DNA of 64,000 bases from the NCBI GenBank assembly GCA_965213685.1, contig CBDBZY010000041.1, forward strand, positions 512,001-576,000, written 5' to 3'. Positions within the stretch are counted from its first letter, which is position 1. Each line of letters opens with the position of its first letter. Below, piece by piece: positions 1 to 11,491 of the stretch. The DNA is from a bacterium (GTDB lineage: Bacteria > UBA8248). The notes beneath the pieces are model-generated. The model was not told the origin of the DNA and ran no database searches. It saw nothing but the letters and a program-made list of their open reading frames with translations. A program made the position numbers and the translations under genes.

Positions 1-32
1 ACCTGCCATATAAGGTAGAGGGGAGTACTCAC

Positions 33-367
33 AGCGAGCGCCACCCATGTGTGCAGAGGAGCTCTCTCATCTCTGAGGATACTGATCACCTCATCTCCCT
101 CTGGTAGCTGGTCAATGCCCAATTCAATCACCTGGACACAGGGAAAAGCACTGCACACACAATACCAGAATGCACACACATGCATGCACACATGTACATG
201 TATACGTGCATGTGGCTTTGTCGAAAGCCATAGTGCGCATTGAATAGAACTAGCGTCTTTCTCTCCTTCATGCTCACGCAGAGTGAAGCTCTCTGCAGAC
301 TCACCTCGTCCGTGTCCCTGAGAGGAATCTCTATGGAGGACGCACCAGGTACGTAGCGCGTGGCCAT
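33..367 (-). CDS. CTR9: CTR9 (PAF1 complex TPR subunit) 5' exons 1-2; the gene or fragment continues off the window start
   Basis: Exon1 367-305 [21 protein letters not shown] and exon2 131-33 [33 protein letters not shown] match the CTR9 N-terminus ([24 protein letters not shown]). GT-AG boundaries, phase 0, no stop. Cannot tell whether this is the functional locus. Confidence 0.85.
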
Positions 368-2250
368 CTCCACTCACTGCCGCAGGCAAGAGGGAGCAGA
401 GGCTGGAGCGACGGAGCGCAGTGAGCGCTAGGTGCTTCTATTTAGAGCACATGGGAGGAGTTAGTGGTCAGCCATACTCGTGGTCGGACCAGCAAAGAGC
501 GTGTCTCCATGCGACTGGTTGTGCGAATGGACTACGCAGGGCAGGGCAGAGAGTCACAGCAAAGGGAGATCAGTTATGAGTATGGAGCGCAGCCATTGTG
601 GAGAGTGGTGCGGATGAAGCTTATCGGGCACGTGTCGTCCTTAGGAGCTGCGAGAGCTGATTAGAGACACTGGCCGGCTCGCTATCGCTCACAAATGGGG
701 CACCAAGGCCCGGATGCCATGACCCTACAGCGCACTGCTCTCCACTATCACCTCATATCATACAACAGTGTTGCCCCCTTCCTCTGCTGCGTGCCTCCCT
801 CCTTTCCCTCCCCTGTCCCCTCTTCTCCCCTCACACTCTCTCCCTCTCCTTTTCCTCCTCCTCCTCCCTCTCCTCATTCCCTTCTCTCTCTCTCACACTC
901 ACTCACTACGGTATGCAGGACTACAATGTCCAGAGTTGGTTTGACCTGTTTATTTGGTCGTGTGACAAGGGCTAGGAACTGCACTACTTCCATCATACTC
1001 CCATCACGCAGGTAAAGAAAAAGAGAAACACAAGGTGTCACTCTCAACACTTGATCCCTCACTACATGTATATACATGTGGACCATCTGCTATTTATTCT
1101 GAGTTTTATTTTTATATGTGTAGGCTTGTTGCTTTGTTTTATTTCTAAGCCGTTGAGGTTGTTAGAGATGTCTAAGCCAGTGAAGTTGTATGTATATTAA
1201 TTTTTCTAGGCTTTTCTCCAAATATTAAGTTCTAAGCTGTTGAGGTTGTTGTGGATTTTAGTTTGTTTTATAGCGTGTGATTCTTCTTTCTTTCTCCCCT
1301 GTTCTCTTCTTTGTTTGATTGTGGTACACTATGTATGTGGTTGTTCATGAACATGTACATGTACTTCTCTTTCTCCTCCTCTTCCTCCCTCCTTCCTCCT
1401 TATTCGTTCTTCCATTCCTCCTTCCTTTCCCCTTCCCTCCTCTCTCGCTCTCTCCCTCTCTCCTGCAGAGTTGGCACTGGAGGAGACAGCACAGGGCACT
1501 AAATACTCACAGAACTGTCAGTGCCATCAAAGCCATCCTGTGAGACATGCACTGCAGTCAGAGACAATTGTCTGGAATTGCTGCACGTCTTCACCATGTA
1601 GTCACTCTATCCCCCTCTCCTCTTCCTCCTCCTCCTCCTCCTCCTCCACCCCCTCCTCCTCCTCCTCCTCCTCCTCCTCCTCCTCCTCCTCCCACTCCTC
1701 CAGATTTTTCTATCACTCACTCTCCCCCTCCCTCCTTCATGTTCTCTCTCATGTCATTATTGCTGTCTTCATCAGTCCAAACACGTGATGTCGCAATCAT
1801 TCTTATGTTCTGAACAAACTGCTTTTAATCAAAAAGTTTTAATCAAACTCTACAAAGATCACAATGCATTAATATGACAACACACACATATCAGCTAGTG
1901 TAGGATGTTGGAGTGAGTGTATATAAGTAATAATAATGCATATACATGAACACTTCATTGTATATATGAACAAGGTGTTTACTACAGCGTACAACCTAAC
2001 TACAATATGATGTACAGTGAACATGTAAACCAATATATTATTAATTATTTTAGTTATTCACAAATTAAATGTTAGGGTATAGTAATTATCAAGCCAACAC
2101 ACATAATAGGAGGTTGTAGGAGTGAAGTAACATGTAATGCATAGCAGCATACACAGATTATTCAATGTAAAATCAAATCACTGCAATAATTAGTGGTAGT
2201 TCAAATGTACAGTTGTGCACAGTGAGGTGTTATCAGAGAAGCAATCAGTG

Positions 2251-3141
2251 TTACTCTAATGATCCTACCCACACTTGCTGGGAATACTCCCTAACACCCA
2301 CCTCCCCTCCAGCCACAAGCAGTTCACCAGAGGGGAGTACTGCACAAGAGGGAGCATACATTCCCACAGGAAGCTCTCCACACTTGCTCCATTTCTTCCC
2401 TTCTGCCTCATATCTGTAGAGCTCCTTTCTCCACCCCCACCCTCCTACCTCCCTCCCTCCTACAAGTAGCAAGTGGTTCTGCAGGGCTAAGAGTGTGGGG
2501 CCACCTACTGGAGGGGATGGCAGTTCCCGCCATGTTGGGCTAGTGGTGGTGTTGTGAGTTGCGTTTGCTATCAGGGTGGGGAGGTGGGCAGAGAACAAGT
2601 GAGGCCGACCATCTCTCCAGTAATATGATGAGATGTATACGTAATCACTAATGATGACTGCTGTCATCTGCTGACCCCCCATAGGCACTGGCTGTGCACT
2701 GTACCACAGGTGAGTGGAGCAGTCCAGGACTTCTACTGTGTCCTTGTAGTCACCACATGCCACAATGAGGTATTGCTGGTAGCCCACAGCAGCTGACCAT
2801 GCTCTACCAGTTGGCATTGTTGGGTAGTGCTGAGTATTCCAGCGATGACCCTCACTGTCCCATAATTGGATAGCAGTGCTGCCTCCATGACCACCAGCTA
2901 GTAATAGCTGGTCCTTGACTGATGCCATGGCAAACAAGTACTCAGTGCTCTCTGGCAGCTGAGACCACTCACCAGTGGTAGAGTTGTATTGCACTACATC
3001 ATACCAATTCACAGTCAACCCACTTGCAATGTGGACCTGTCCCTTCAGTAACGCAGTGTAGGCATACTTGACTCCAAAGGGCAAGTCCTTCCCTCTCCTC
3101 CATTTGAGTGGGAGGGGCCATCTCAGTGGCTGGACCTGGGG
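2251..3141 (-). CDS. Kelch beta-propeller terminal exon, copy A (open; no adjacent kinase exon)
   Basis: 891-nt phase-0 exon after a polypyrimidine tract and cag, PQVQPLRWP...VWVGSLE*. Six GG..Y/W Kelch-type repeats. Paralog of the terminal exon of the kinase genes. Confidence 0.85.
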   Translation of the reverse strand, partial: PQVQPLRWPLPLKWRRGKDLPFGVKYAYTALLKGQVHIASGLTVNWYDVVQYNSTTGEWSQLPESTEYLFAMASVKDQLLLAGGHGGSTAIQLWDSEGHRWNTQHYPTMPTGRAWSAAVGYQQYLIVACGDYKDTVEVLDCSTHLWYSAQPVPMGGQQMTAVIISDYVYISSYYWRDGRPHLFSAHLPTLIANATHNTTTSPTWRELPSPPVGGPTLLALQNHLLLVGGREVGGWGWRKELYRYEAEGKKWSKCGELPVGMYAPSCAVLPSGELLVAGGEVGVREYSQQVWVGSLE

Positions 3142-3522
3142 CTGTAATGAGGTGAATGATGCAGAGAGGGAGGGATGGAGGGAGGGAGGAAGGGAGGGAT
3201 GGAGGGAAGGAGGGAGGGAGGGGGGAGGGAGGGAAAAGAGAATAGGGAGAGGAAAAGATGATGGAGGGTTCAAGGGGAGAGGGGTGAAGGAGAGGAGGGG
3301 GTGCAGGGGTATTGGAATGGGGAGAGAATGAGAGTGAGGAGAGGGAAGGAAGTGGTGAGATAAAAATTATGTACAGTCATGTGCCTAATAATTAGTTCAT
3401 CTGATGTGTACATACACTGTGCACAGGTGTGGCATGGCTGGCTAGTATTGCTGGATCGAGGCAATATCTATAGCATGGCTTCCTGCTCCATCCTGTGCCA
3501 TTGCAATACACCTCTCTGTTAA

Positions 3523-4157
3523 GGTGGCGGTTCAACCTTTCGCAAACCAAACAGTTGTTATAAAAACATAGTCTCAGTGTCGTATCGTAAACACTTTTGT
3601 AACAATATTGGTACTGTTTTAAAGCTTGAAAACTGCTCTGTCTGATTATCTACTTTATAATTGTCCACAAAGCAGCACTAGGTTAATGGAGTCCACAAAA
3701 CTGGGCTCCATAAAAATCCAAATATCTGACTTGGGACAGTTAGCAAAAATATGAAAAAATACGCTTAATTACCCCACAACTGACCTGTTTGCGGCGGGCA
3801 TGATCGTGTATTTAGCGTGTAAGTACAAGGCAGGCGCGCTAAAAGTTTGTCCGTGCTACGCGCGGGGGTCGATTAAACTTGCCGTTTTGCGCACAATTTT
3901 GTAGATCTACCGCTCATGATGCGTCGCCGCAAAGGTCTACGAGAACTCATTCGAGTGCCGTTGGTTTGGATCCGCTCCAAAATTTCAGTCCCGAGATATT
4001 TAGCATCTACGTACTTCGGTACACTCTACACACACAAGTACGCATAACGGGCCTACCACTTCAAAGGCTGCACGTGTACACGAACTATGAATCTCATTAT
4101 AACGTACTCACAACGTAATACCCGTGTGCGCGTACTACCCAAGGTTGAACCGCCACC
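3523..4157. mobile_element. Non-autonomous TIR element with TTAA target duplication (Kolobok-like, GG termini)
   Basis: TTAA|ggtggcggttcaacctt ... aaggttgaaccgccacc|TTAA; no ORF. Confidence 0.75.
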
Positions 4158-4289
4158 TTAATTAACCTAACTCCCTCCTCCCTCCTTCTTTCACCCTCCC
4201 TCACTTCCCTCCATCCTTCCTTCATCCCTCCTTTATTAACTAATGGAATACATTGTAGTGAACAGATATCCTTGTAGTATTTACATGAC

Positions 4290-4432
4290 ATTGTATGAAC
4301 TGAACTAAGAGAAACTGTATGAACTGAAACTGAAATTGTATGAACTGAACTAAGAGAAACTGTATGAACTGAAATTGTATGAACTGAACTAAGAGAAACT
4401 GTATGAACTGAAATTGTATGAGAGAAACTGTA
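4290..4432. repeat. Minisatellite (tgtatgaactgaa / ctaagagaaac units)
   Basis: Several imperfect tandem copies; the paralogous region near 31270 has a single copy. Confidence 0.8.
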
Positions 4433-5309
4433 ACTAATTCAATGGCAATTTATGCTAAACAAAATCATAATGAAAACAGGTTCATTGGCTGCATTCAAAT
4501 TTCCCCCTTACCCCTCCCCATTCCTCCTCCCCCCTCCTTCCTCCCTCTCTTTTCTTCCCTCCCTCTTCCCCCATTTCTCAATCCTTACATCTCCCCCACC
4601 CCTTCCCCCTCCCTCCCCCTCCCTCCCACCTCCTCCCCTCCCTTCCTCCTCTCCCCTCTCTCCCCTTCCACCCTTCCCTTTACCCTCTCCCTTCCCTCCC
4701 CCCTCCCCTCTCCCTCAACCTCCACCTCTCTTCCTCATTCTTCCCTCATACTTCCCTGCCTCTCTCACCTCACCTCTCCCCTCATTTCTTCTCATACTCC
4801 TCTCACCCTCTTCCTTTCTCCTCCCTCTCCCCCTCCCTCCCTCCCTCCCCCCCTCCCCTTTTCCCTCCCTTTACCCTCCCCCTTCCTTCCCCCCAAGGCC
4901 CCCTCCCTCCTCCCTTCCTCCCTGCCTTTCCTTTCACCCCTCCCCCTCCTCCTCCTCCCTCTCCCCCTCTCTCCCCATCCTCCCCCTCCCTCCTCCTCTC
5001 CCTTCCATTTCTCAACCTCCACCTCCCTTCCACATTCTTCTTTCCTCATACTTCCGTGTCTCTCTATTCTCTTGCCCAACTTCCCCCTCCCCCTCTCCCC
5101 CCTCTTACTTATCCCTTTCCCCTCTACCTTCTCTCTCTCTCTCCCTTGTTCACCCTCCATCCCTCTCTCGTATATACCTCCCTCCTCTTCTTGTACCTTC
5201 ATCCTTCCTTCCTCCACCTCCCTTCCACCCTCTCTCTCCTCTCCCATTACACATGTTTCCAAACTACTAGAGATAGTTATCACTACATGTAAACCACCCA
5301 CTGCAGTAC

Positions 5310-5369
5310 CTGCTCATGAGCCTTGGCCTGATTAGGAGAGCTCATCTGAGAGGGAGCTTTGGGGGCAGT
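5310..5369 (-). CDS. 60-nt phase-0 linker exon upstream of Kelch A (TAPKAPSQMSSPNQAKAHEQ)
   Basis: ccag acceptor, gtactg donor. Resembles kinase-gene exon 2 (..PKGHSQMTPQGPLQADVQ). Paralog at 33295-33354. Confidence 0.6.
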
Positions 5370-5400
5370 CTGGAGGAAAGGATTATCACTGTGAAATGTA

Positions 5401-7511
5401 GCGTAAATGCGCCAATTATCGCCGTTTTTTAGCGATGGGGCTTTTTCTGACCACGTAGAGCGTACTAGACGCGTGAGGTAGGGAAATTCCCTACAGTATG
5501 GGCCGCTGTAGCGCGTTTACATAGCTATGTAAAGTGCAACCTTCACGACGCAAAAACGGACTTTGTGCACCACATCTAGAGTGACGATAATTGGAAGAGT
5601 TGCCCTAAATTCGCCACGTAGAATTTCCCCTTTCAAAAGTGAATGTACAGTGTACAAAAGAAGTCCAAAACAAATATACTTTCAAAGTAGAGACATACTC
5701 CACAGTTACAAACAACTTTCAGGACAAAAAGCATTGTTGTCACCAAGTGCACACACTGTATGAAAACAAGGCCCACAGTCACTGCAATCTACCCAAAAAC
5801 ACAACTGAAGACTTGCAGCTGGCTGGCTCCCTGGCATTGCACAATTTGCAAAGTGTACCTTCATCACTGTCACTGTCATTTGACTCATCTCGAAATCGAG
5901 CAGGGAGTTGCTGTATTCTACGTGGTCTGCTTCTTTCCGATGGTTCCTCTGACTCACTCTGGCAACTTTCAAGGGAGTCCGAGTCCTGATTAAGCGCTTG
6001 CTTCTTTCCTTTTTTGGATTGAACCTGCTTAGCCTTTCTTGCCTCCTCTCTCTCCTTTTTAGCATTTTCACATTCCTCCTTCTTCTTCCGTTGTTCCTCC
6101 TCTTTCTCTCTTTTTTGTTTCTCCCTCTCTTCCTTCTTGCGCTCTTGTTCTTCCTTGCGTTTTTTCTTCAACTCCTCTACCTCCCTCTCCTTTGCATCTT
6201 TCTCCTTCATCATATCAATGTACTCATTCTCAGTCAGTACTCTTGCCCTCGTTATCCTCCTCCTCTTGGTGGATTGGGTTTGAGGATCCATATCTGGGGT
6301 GCAGAATACATCAGCAAGATGAGCTGGAACCATGCCTGTCACAACTAATGGATTGACAATTGAGGACCCTCGTCCAGATGAAGAGCAAGGTTGGGGGGGA
6401 GTAACAGTGAAAGGAGTTGGGGTATTGCAAACATGTGATGGAGTGCTGGTCAAAGGAGCACCACCAGGACTAGAAGACAGGGAGTCTGGAGTTGGATGTG
6501 AAACAATGGAAGACACCACAGGTGAAGGTGTCTCAGGAGCCAATACAGATGTCTCTTCAGTTGTGGAGGTATCCGTGCTATCTAGAGAAGAGTTCTGCAG
6601 AGGCTTGTACACGTCTGATGGCTTCATCTTCTTGATGGCAATGGCATCTGGGTTGTATGGAAAAATGCCTGATTTCGAAAACCCCGCCTTAATATTTGAC
6701 ATTGAAAATGCTTTCTCAAAAGGTTCCTTGACCACTGAGGCAAATTTGCGTTTAGACACTACAAAATTTTTCTTAGCAAAAGAAAGGGCACGCACTGACT
6801 TAAAAAAGTTGTCCTTCAGGGACTTAAAAACGGCAACATCCAATGGCTGGAGAGCGTGAGTTGAGGTGGAAGACAAAAGAGTATCACACCACTCGATTGA
6901 GCTACATCAATGAGATCAAGAGTCATGTGTGTCTTGTGGCCATCAATAAACAAAATGACTGGTCGCTGTGGGGCAGCATACACAAGAAATACTCTCTTCA
7001 TCCAGCTCAAGAAAGAGCTCTGAGTCTGCCCACCCTGACTCACTTTTGGCATAAACTGCATCATCAGGACCTCTGAAAGTGTAAGGTCCTCCTGGAAAAG
7101 CTTCTGGATAAATGATCGTTGGTGGGAGTGCAATTCCAGCAGCAGAAGCACCAGAGTAAAGTGATGTGCTCAGTCGTTCCAGGAGCTTGAGCATACGTGT
7201 ACTTGGCTTTTTTGACTGTCACCACTTTCTCACGAGTGCCATAGAGAGGAAGGAATGTTTCGTCACAATTGTAAAGACGTTGGGGTGAATTAATAAGGCC
7301 ATGCTCAGTAAGGATCTTCTTCAGCAGCAGTCATCGTTTTTCTTACGCTGCTCGAACTTCTTCGACCGGTTAAAACTGGCTGAAGGCACACGTGATCTCT
7401 ATAATAGCTGCGCATGCTCAAAACTTACACACAATGTTGTGTAAGGCAAGCAAAGCCATATGGCGATAATAGGCGTGGAAGCAGAACTGGCGATAATTGG
7501 CGCATCTACGC
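5401..7511 (-). mobile_element. pogo/Tigger-like (DDE_1) DNA transposon with C-terminal PHD-like finger, frameshifted and internally deleted
   Basis: TA|gcgtaaatgcgccaattatcgcc ... ggcgataattggcgcatctacgc|TA. Motifs SESGW, PVILFIDGHKTH, THALQPLDVAVF and CKLC..WVDCSDC..FHTVC are spread over shifted frames. Empty site at about 33380. Confidence 0.9.
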
Positions 7512-10085
7512 TATAATTGCAAGGAACACTGTAGCAATGAGAGAATGAATGGGAGAAGAGAGGAGGAGATCTAGAGGAATGGGTCTAAATATTAATGTGG
7601 TAAGGTGGAATGGAGGGGAGAAGGAAGGAGAGAGACTAGGGAGGAGGAAGGGAGGTGGGGAAAGTTGGAGGAAGGGGAAGAGAGGGAGGTAACAGGGGAA
7701 GAGGAGGGAGGAAGGAAGAAGAGGAGGGAGGAAGGGAGAAGAGGAGGGAGAGAGGGGAGAGAGGAGGGAAGAAGAGGGAGGGGGGTGAGGGGAGGGGGAA
7801 GTAGGGGGGAGGGGAGGGAGAGGGAGGAGGGGAAGGGGAAGGGGAGGGAGAGGGGAAAGGGAGACAGGGGGGAGGGGAGGGAGAGGGAGGGAGGGAGGGG
7901 AAGGGGGAAGGGGGAAGGGGAGGGGGGAGGGAGACGGGGGAGGGGAAGTGAGGGGAGGAGAAACAAGGGGAGAAACAGTGGTATATACTAGCCAGGAGCT
8001 GACAAGGCACAAGGCAGGAGGAGCACAAGGAAAGGAGAAATAAAGGCAGAATGGAGGGACAGAGGGTAAGGAATAGGTCTTGATACATTATGCTGGCATA
8101 AATTTGAGAAAAATAGGTATATATAGTCAAAAGGATAGGGAAATAATTGGTGAGAATAATCGAAGGTTGTGTGAAAGTATAAAGTAATAAAACACTTTGG
8201 CACCACGTTTCATTGCCCCACCCACTGCATGCCACGCACACATACTGAGGCACACAGACTATCCAGTGTTGTGGGTAGATCAATTAATTAGTGTGCATTA
8301 TTAAGAGTGTGCAGTAATGGCGGACAGAGATTCGGACCAGCCAGGTTGTAGTCTAGTGGAGGCTATGGGGACCGTGGTCACTGTAGAAGCTGAAATCAGA
8401 ACTGATTTGGAGCTACAGAGTAGTTGTTTTTGCAGAATAATCAAAGCATAATCACAGTTTTAAGGAGAATAATAGACTAAGAATAGGGGAATAGAATAAT
8501 ATGTGGAAAAAAAGGCCTCAGTGAAAGAGTCAACGCAAGCTCTGCCTGAAGCAGGGAAAACGATTGATAGAGATACACTATATGAGTACACATGCATGAC
8601 ATATGGGTACACGTACATACATGCATGCACACATGTGCACTGTACAGTAGCTTGACCATGATGTGGCTGCCCTGCAGGAGTCTGCCAGCCTTCAGAGAGT
8701 GGTGCTCTCTACCTCACACTGTGCTCCATGCATGACATGATCGAGCCTTCTGCATTGGGGGGGAGAGAGGGAGAAGGCGAGGGAGGGAGAGAGGGAGAGA
8801 GGGAAGAAGAGGAAGGGAAGGAGGGAGGAAGGGAGACAAGGAGGGAGGGGAGGAGGGAAGAAGAGGGAGGGAAAGAGGAGGGAGGGCTAGTGCAGTGTAA
8901 GTAACCTCATTCCCAGGCTCTCCCCCTAGTGCACAGGTAAGATTTTTCGATTCTTGTACCCTAAAAGGTCATACGCGTGTGCTAGTGGGAGAGCCTGGGA
9001 ACGCGGCTGCAGTGTAAACAAGTAATACTCATACACATGGGACACAGTGGTAAGACAGGGACTGCGCATGCCTTGAAAAACACAGGATTGTATGCACCTG
9101 TGATACATGTACATGTAAATGTACATGGGTGGTGAGAGTTGGCGCACCATCAAAGCCCCATTCCCAACTCTCAAGGTTGGGCATGTGGACCATCTGCCTT
9201 TCATTCGGATTTATTCTTATATGTGAGGCTTGTTGTTTTGCTTTTTAAAATACAATGTACACTGTATATATATATATATATTTCTAAGCCGTTGAGGTTG
9301 TTGCAGACATAACTTTTTCTAAGCCGATGAGGTTGCTACATACATGTATTTCTAAGCCATTCAGGCTGTTCTCCAAATATTTTTCTAATATTTTACATGT
9401 TAGCTTCCACCTATCATTCTTGTTGCCAGGTAACTTCATCCTTCACCGCATCCTCTTCCTCATCTTCCAGATTGTTTTCTTGATCATCCCCTTCCTCCTC
9501 TTCTTCCTAGTTAACCTTCCTCCTCTTCCCCTCCTCCTCCTCTTCCAAATAATTATTAACCTTCCCTTTTCCTCCTCTGCCTCTTCTTCCTCCTCTTTCT
9601 TCTCCTCCTCCTCTTCCTAATAATTAATTAACCTCCTCCTTTTCTTCCCATTTCCTCCAGACTTCTCTCTCACTCACTCTTCCCCCTTCCTCTCTTTCAT
9701 ATCATTATATTACTGCTGTCTTCATCAGTCCTAACACGTAATGTCACAATCATTCTAATTGTCTGAACAAACTGCTTTTAAATAATCAAATTCTACAAAG
9801 ATCACAATGCATTAATAAGACAACACACATATCAGCTAGTGTAGGATGTTGGAATGAGTGTATAGAAATAATAATACATAATTATACATGATCACTTCAC
9901 TGTTCATACAAGGTGTTTTCTTTACTACAGCATACAACCTAACCTCATACTACAACACATGTTGTACAGTATACATGTAAACCAATAATATATTTATTTT
10001 AGCAAAATTAAGAGTATAAGCCAAAACACACAATAGCAGGTTGTAGGAGTCAAGTAACATGTAATGCATAGCAGCATACACGAAT

Positions 10086-10956
10086 TCACTGTAAATGAGA
10101 ATACCCTCCAACACTTTCCACAATCCCTCCAGCCACAAGCAGTTCACCAGAGGGGAGTACTGCACAAGAGGGAGCATCCATTCCCACAGGAAGCTCTCCA
10201 CACTTGCTCCATTTCTTCCCTTCTGCCTCATATCGGTAGAGCCCCACCCCTCCTACCAGTAGCAAGTAGTTCTGCAGGGCTAAGAGTGTGGGGCCACCTA
10301 CTGGAGGGGATGGTAGTTCTTGCCATGTTGGGCCAGTGGTGGTGTTGTGAGTTGCGTTTGATATCAGGGTGGGGAGGTGGGTGGAGAACACGTGAGGCTG
10401 ACCATCACTCCAGTGATATGATGAGATGTATACGCAATCACTAATGATGACTGCTGTCATGAGCTGAGCCCCCATAGGCATTGGCTGTGCCCTGCACCAC
10501 TAGTGAGTGGAGCAGTCCAGGACTTCTACTGTGTCTTTATTGTAGTGCCAACATGCCACAATGAGGTATTGCTGGTAGCCCACCGCAGCTGACCATGATC
10601 TACCAGTTGGCATTCTTGGGTAGTGCTGAGTATTCCAGCGATGACCCTCACTGTCCCATAATTGGATAGCAGTGCTGCCTCCTCCACCACCAGCTAGTAA
10701 TAGCTGGTCCTTGACTGATGCCATGGCAAACCTGCACACAGTGTTCTTTGGCAGCTGAGACCACTCACCAGTGGTAGAGTTGAATTGCACTACAACATAC
10801 TGATTGCTGCCCCCCACAGCAGACCCACCTCCAATGTGGACCTGTCCCTTCAGTATATAATGCAGTGTAGGCAAACTGGACTCCAAAGGGCAAGTCCTTT
10901 CCTCTCCGGATCCTCCATTTGAGTAGGAGGGGCCATCTTAGTGGCTGAACCTGGGG
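10086..10956 (-). pseudogene. Kelch terminal exon, copy B, disrupted
   Basis: Same acceptor and PQVQPLRWP start; frameshift near 10855, premature TAG at 10500-10502, 3' end truncated. Confidence 0.85.
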
Positions 10957-11334
10957 CTGTAATGAGGTGAATGATGCAGGGAGGGTGGGAGGGAAGGAGA
11001 AAAGGGAGGGAGGGAGGGAGGTAGGCATTGATACATTATGCTTTCTATTTTGCCTATTATGCTATTCCCGAATTCCCCCAAAATCTGCCTATTATGCTTC
11101 AGAACATTCTTATTATTCCCAGGAAGGTACCTATTATTCTTACAGTTACATTAATAATCCAGAATAGCTGGCAACCACTCGGTGATCTGAGCCATTCTGT
11201 AATTAAGCAAACAAACGCCTATTAAAAATATTGCCCGTTACGCGCACGCACTTTCATTTGCTACACTAACGTGACGCGGAAGATTACATATGTAGTGTAC
11301 ATAGTGCATATATAATAGTTATACGTCGAGTCCA

Positions 11335-11436
11335 GGGATATACGGTATTTATAAACCAGAGGGCCCTGAGCTGTAGCGTCCGAGCGCAGCGAGGACGCTA
11401 CTAAGGGCCCGAGGGTTTATAAATACCGTATATCCC
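11335..11436. repeat. Long hairpin, probably the terminus of a Crypton-like element
   Basis: gggatatacggtatttataaacc...ggtttataaataccgtatatccc with an inner tagcgtcc/ggacgcta stem; related hairpin at 40064-40177. Confidence 0.55.
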
Positions 11437-11448
11437 ATTGGACGAGAC

Positions 11449-11491
11449 CATAGATTGTATAGACTCCGCAACCGAGTCCATACAATCTATG
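11449..11491. mobile_element. 43-bp palindromic micro-MITE with 7-bp TSD
   Basis: acgagac|catagattgtat...atacaatctatg|acgagac. Confidence 0.75.

Noticed and set aside
464-1600. Plus-strand gene divergent from CTR9 (duplicated at 26998-27750)
   Set aside because: The two copies differ by frameshifts and I recognise no protein family; it may be a decayed fragment but cannot be supported.
4290-4432. CRISPR-like array (also 24190-24380 and 63645-63782)
   Set aside because: Tandem units without unique spacers, in eukaryotic DNA with no cas genes.
4418-5335. Long Pro/Ser/Leu- and Gly/Glu/Arg-rich ORFs (also 7506-8283, 18601-19410, 30830-31278, 34374-35085)
   Set aside because: Translations of polypyrimidine/polypurine tracts that lack stop codons in several frames; not conserved between paralogous units.
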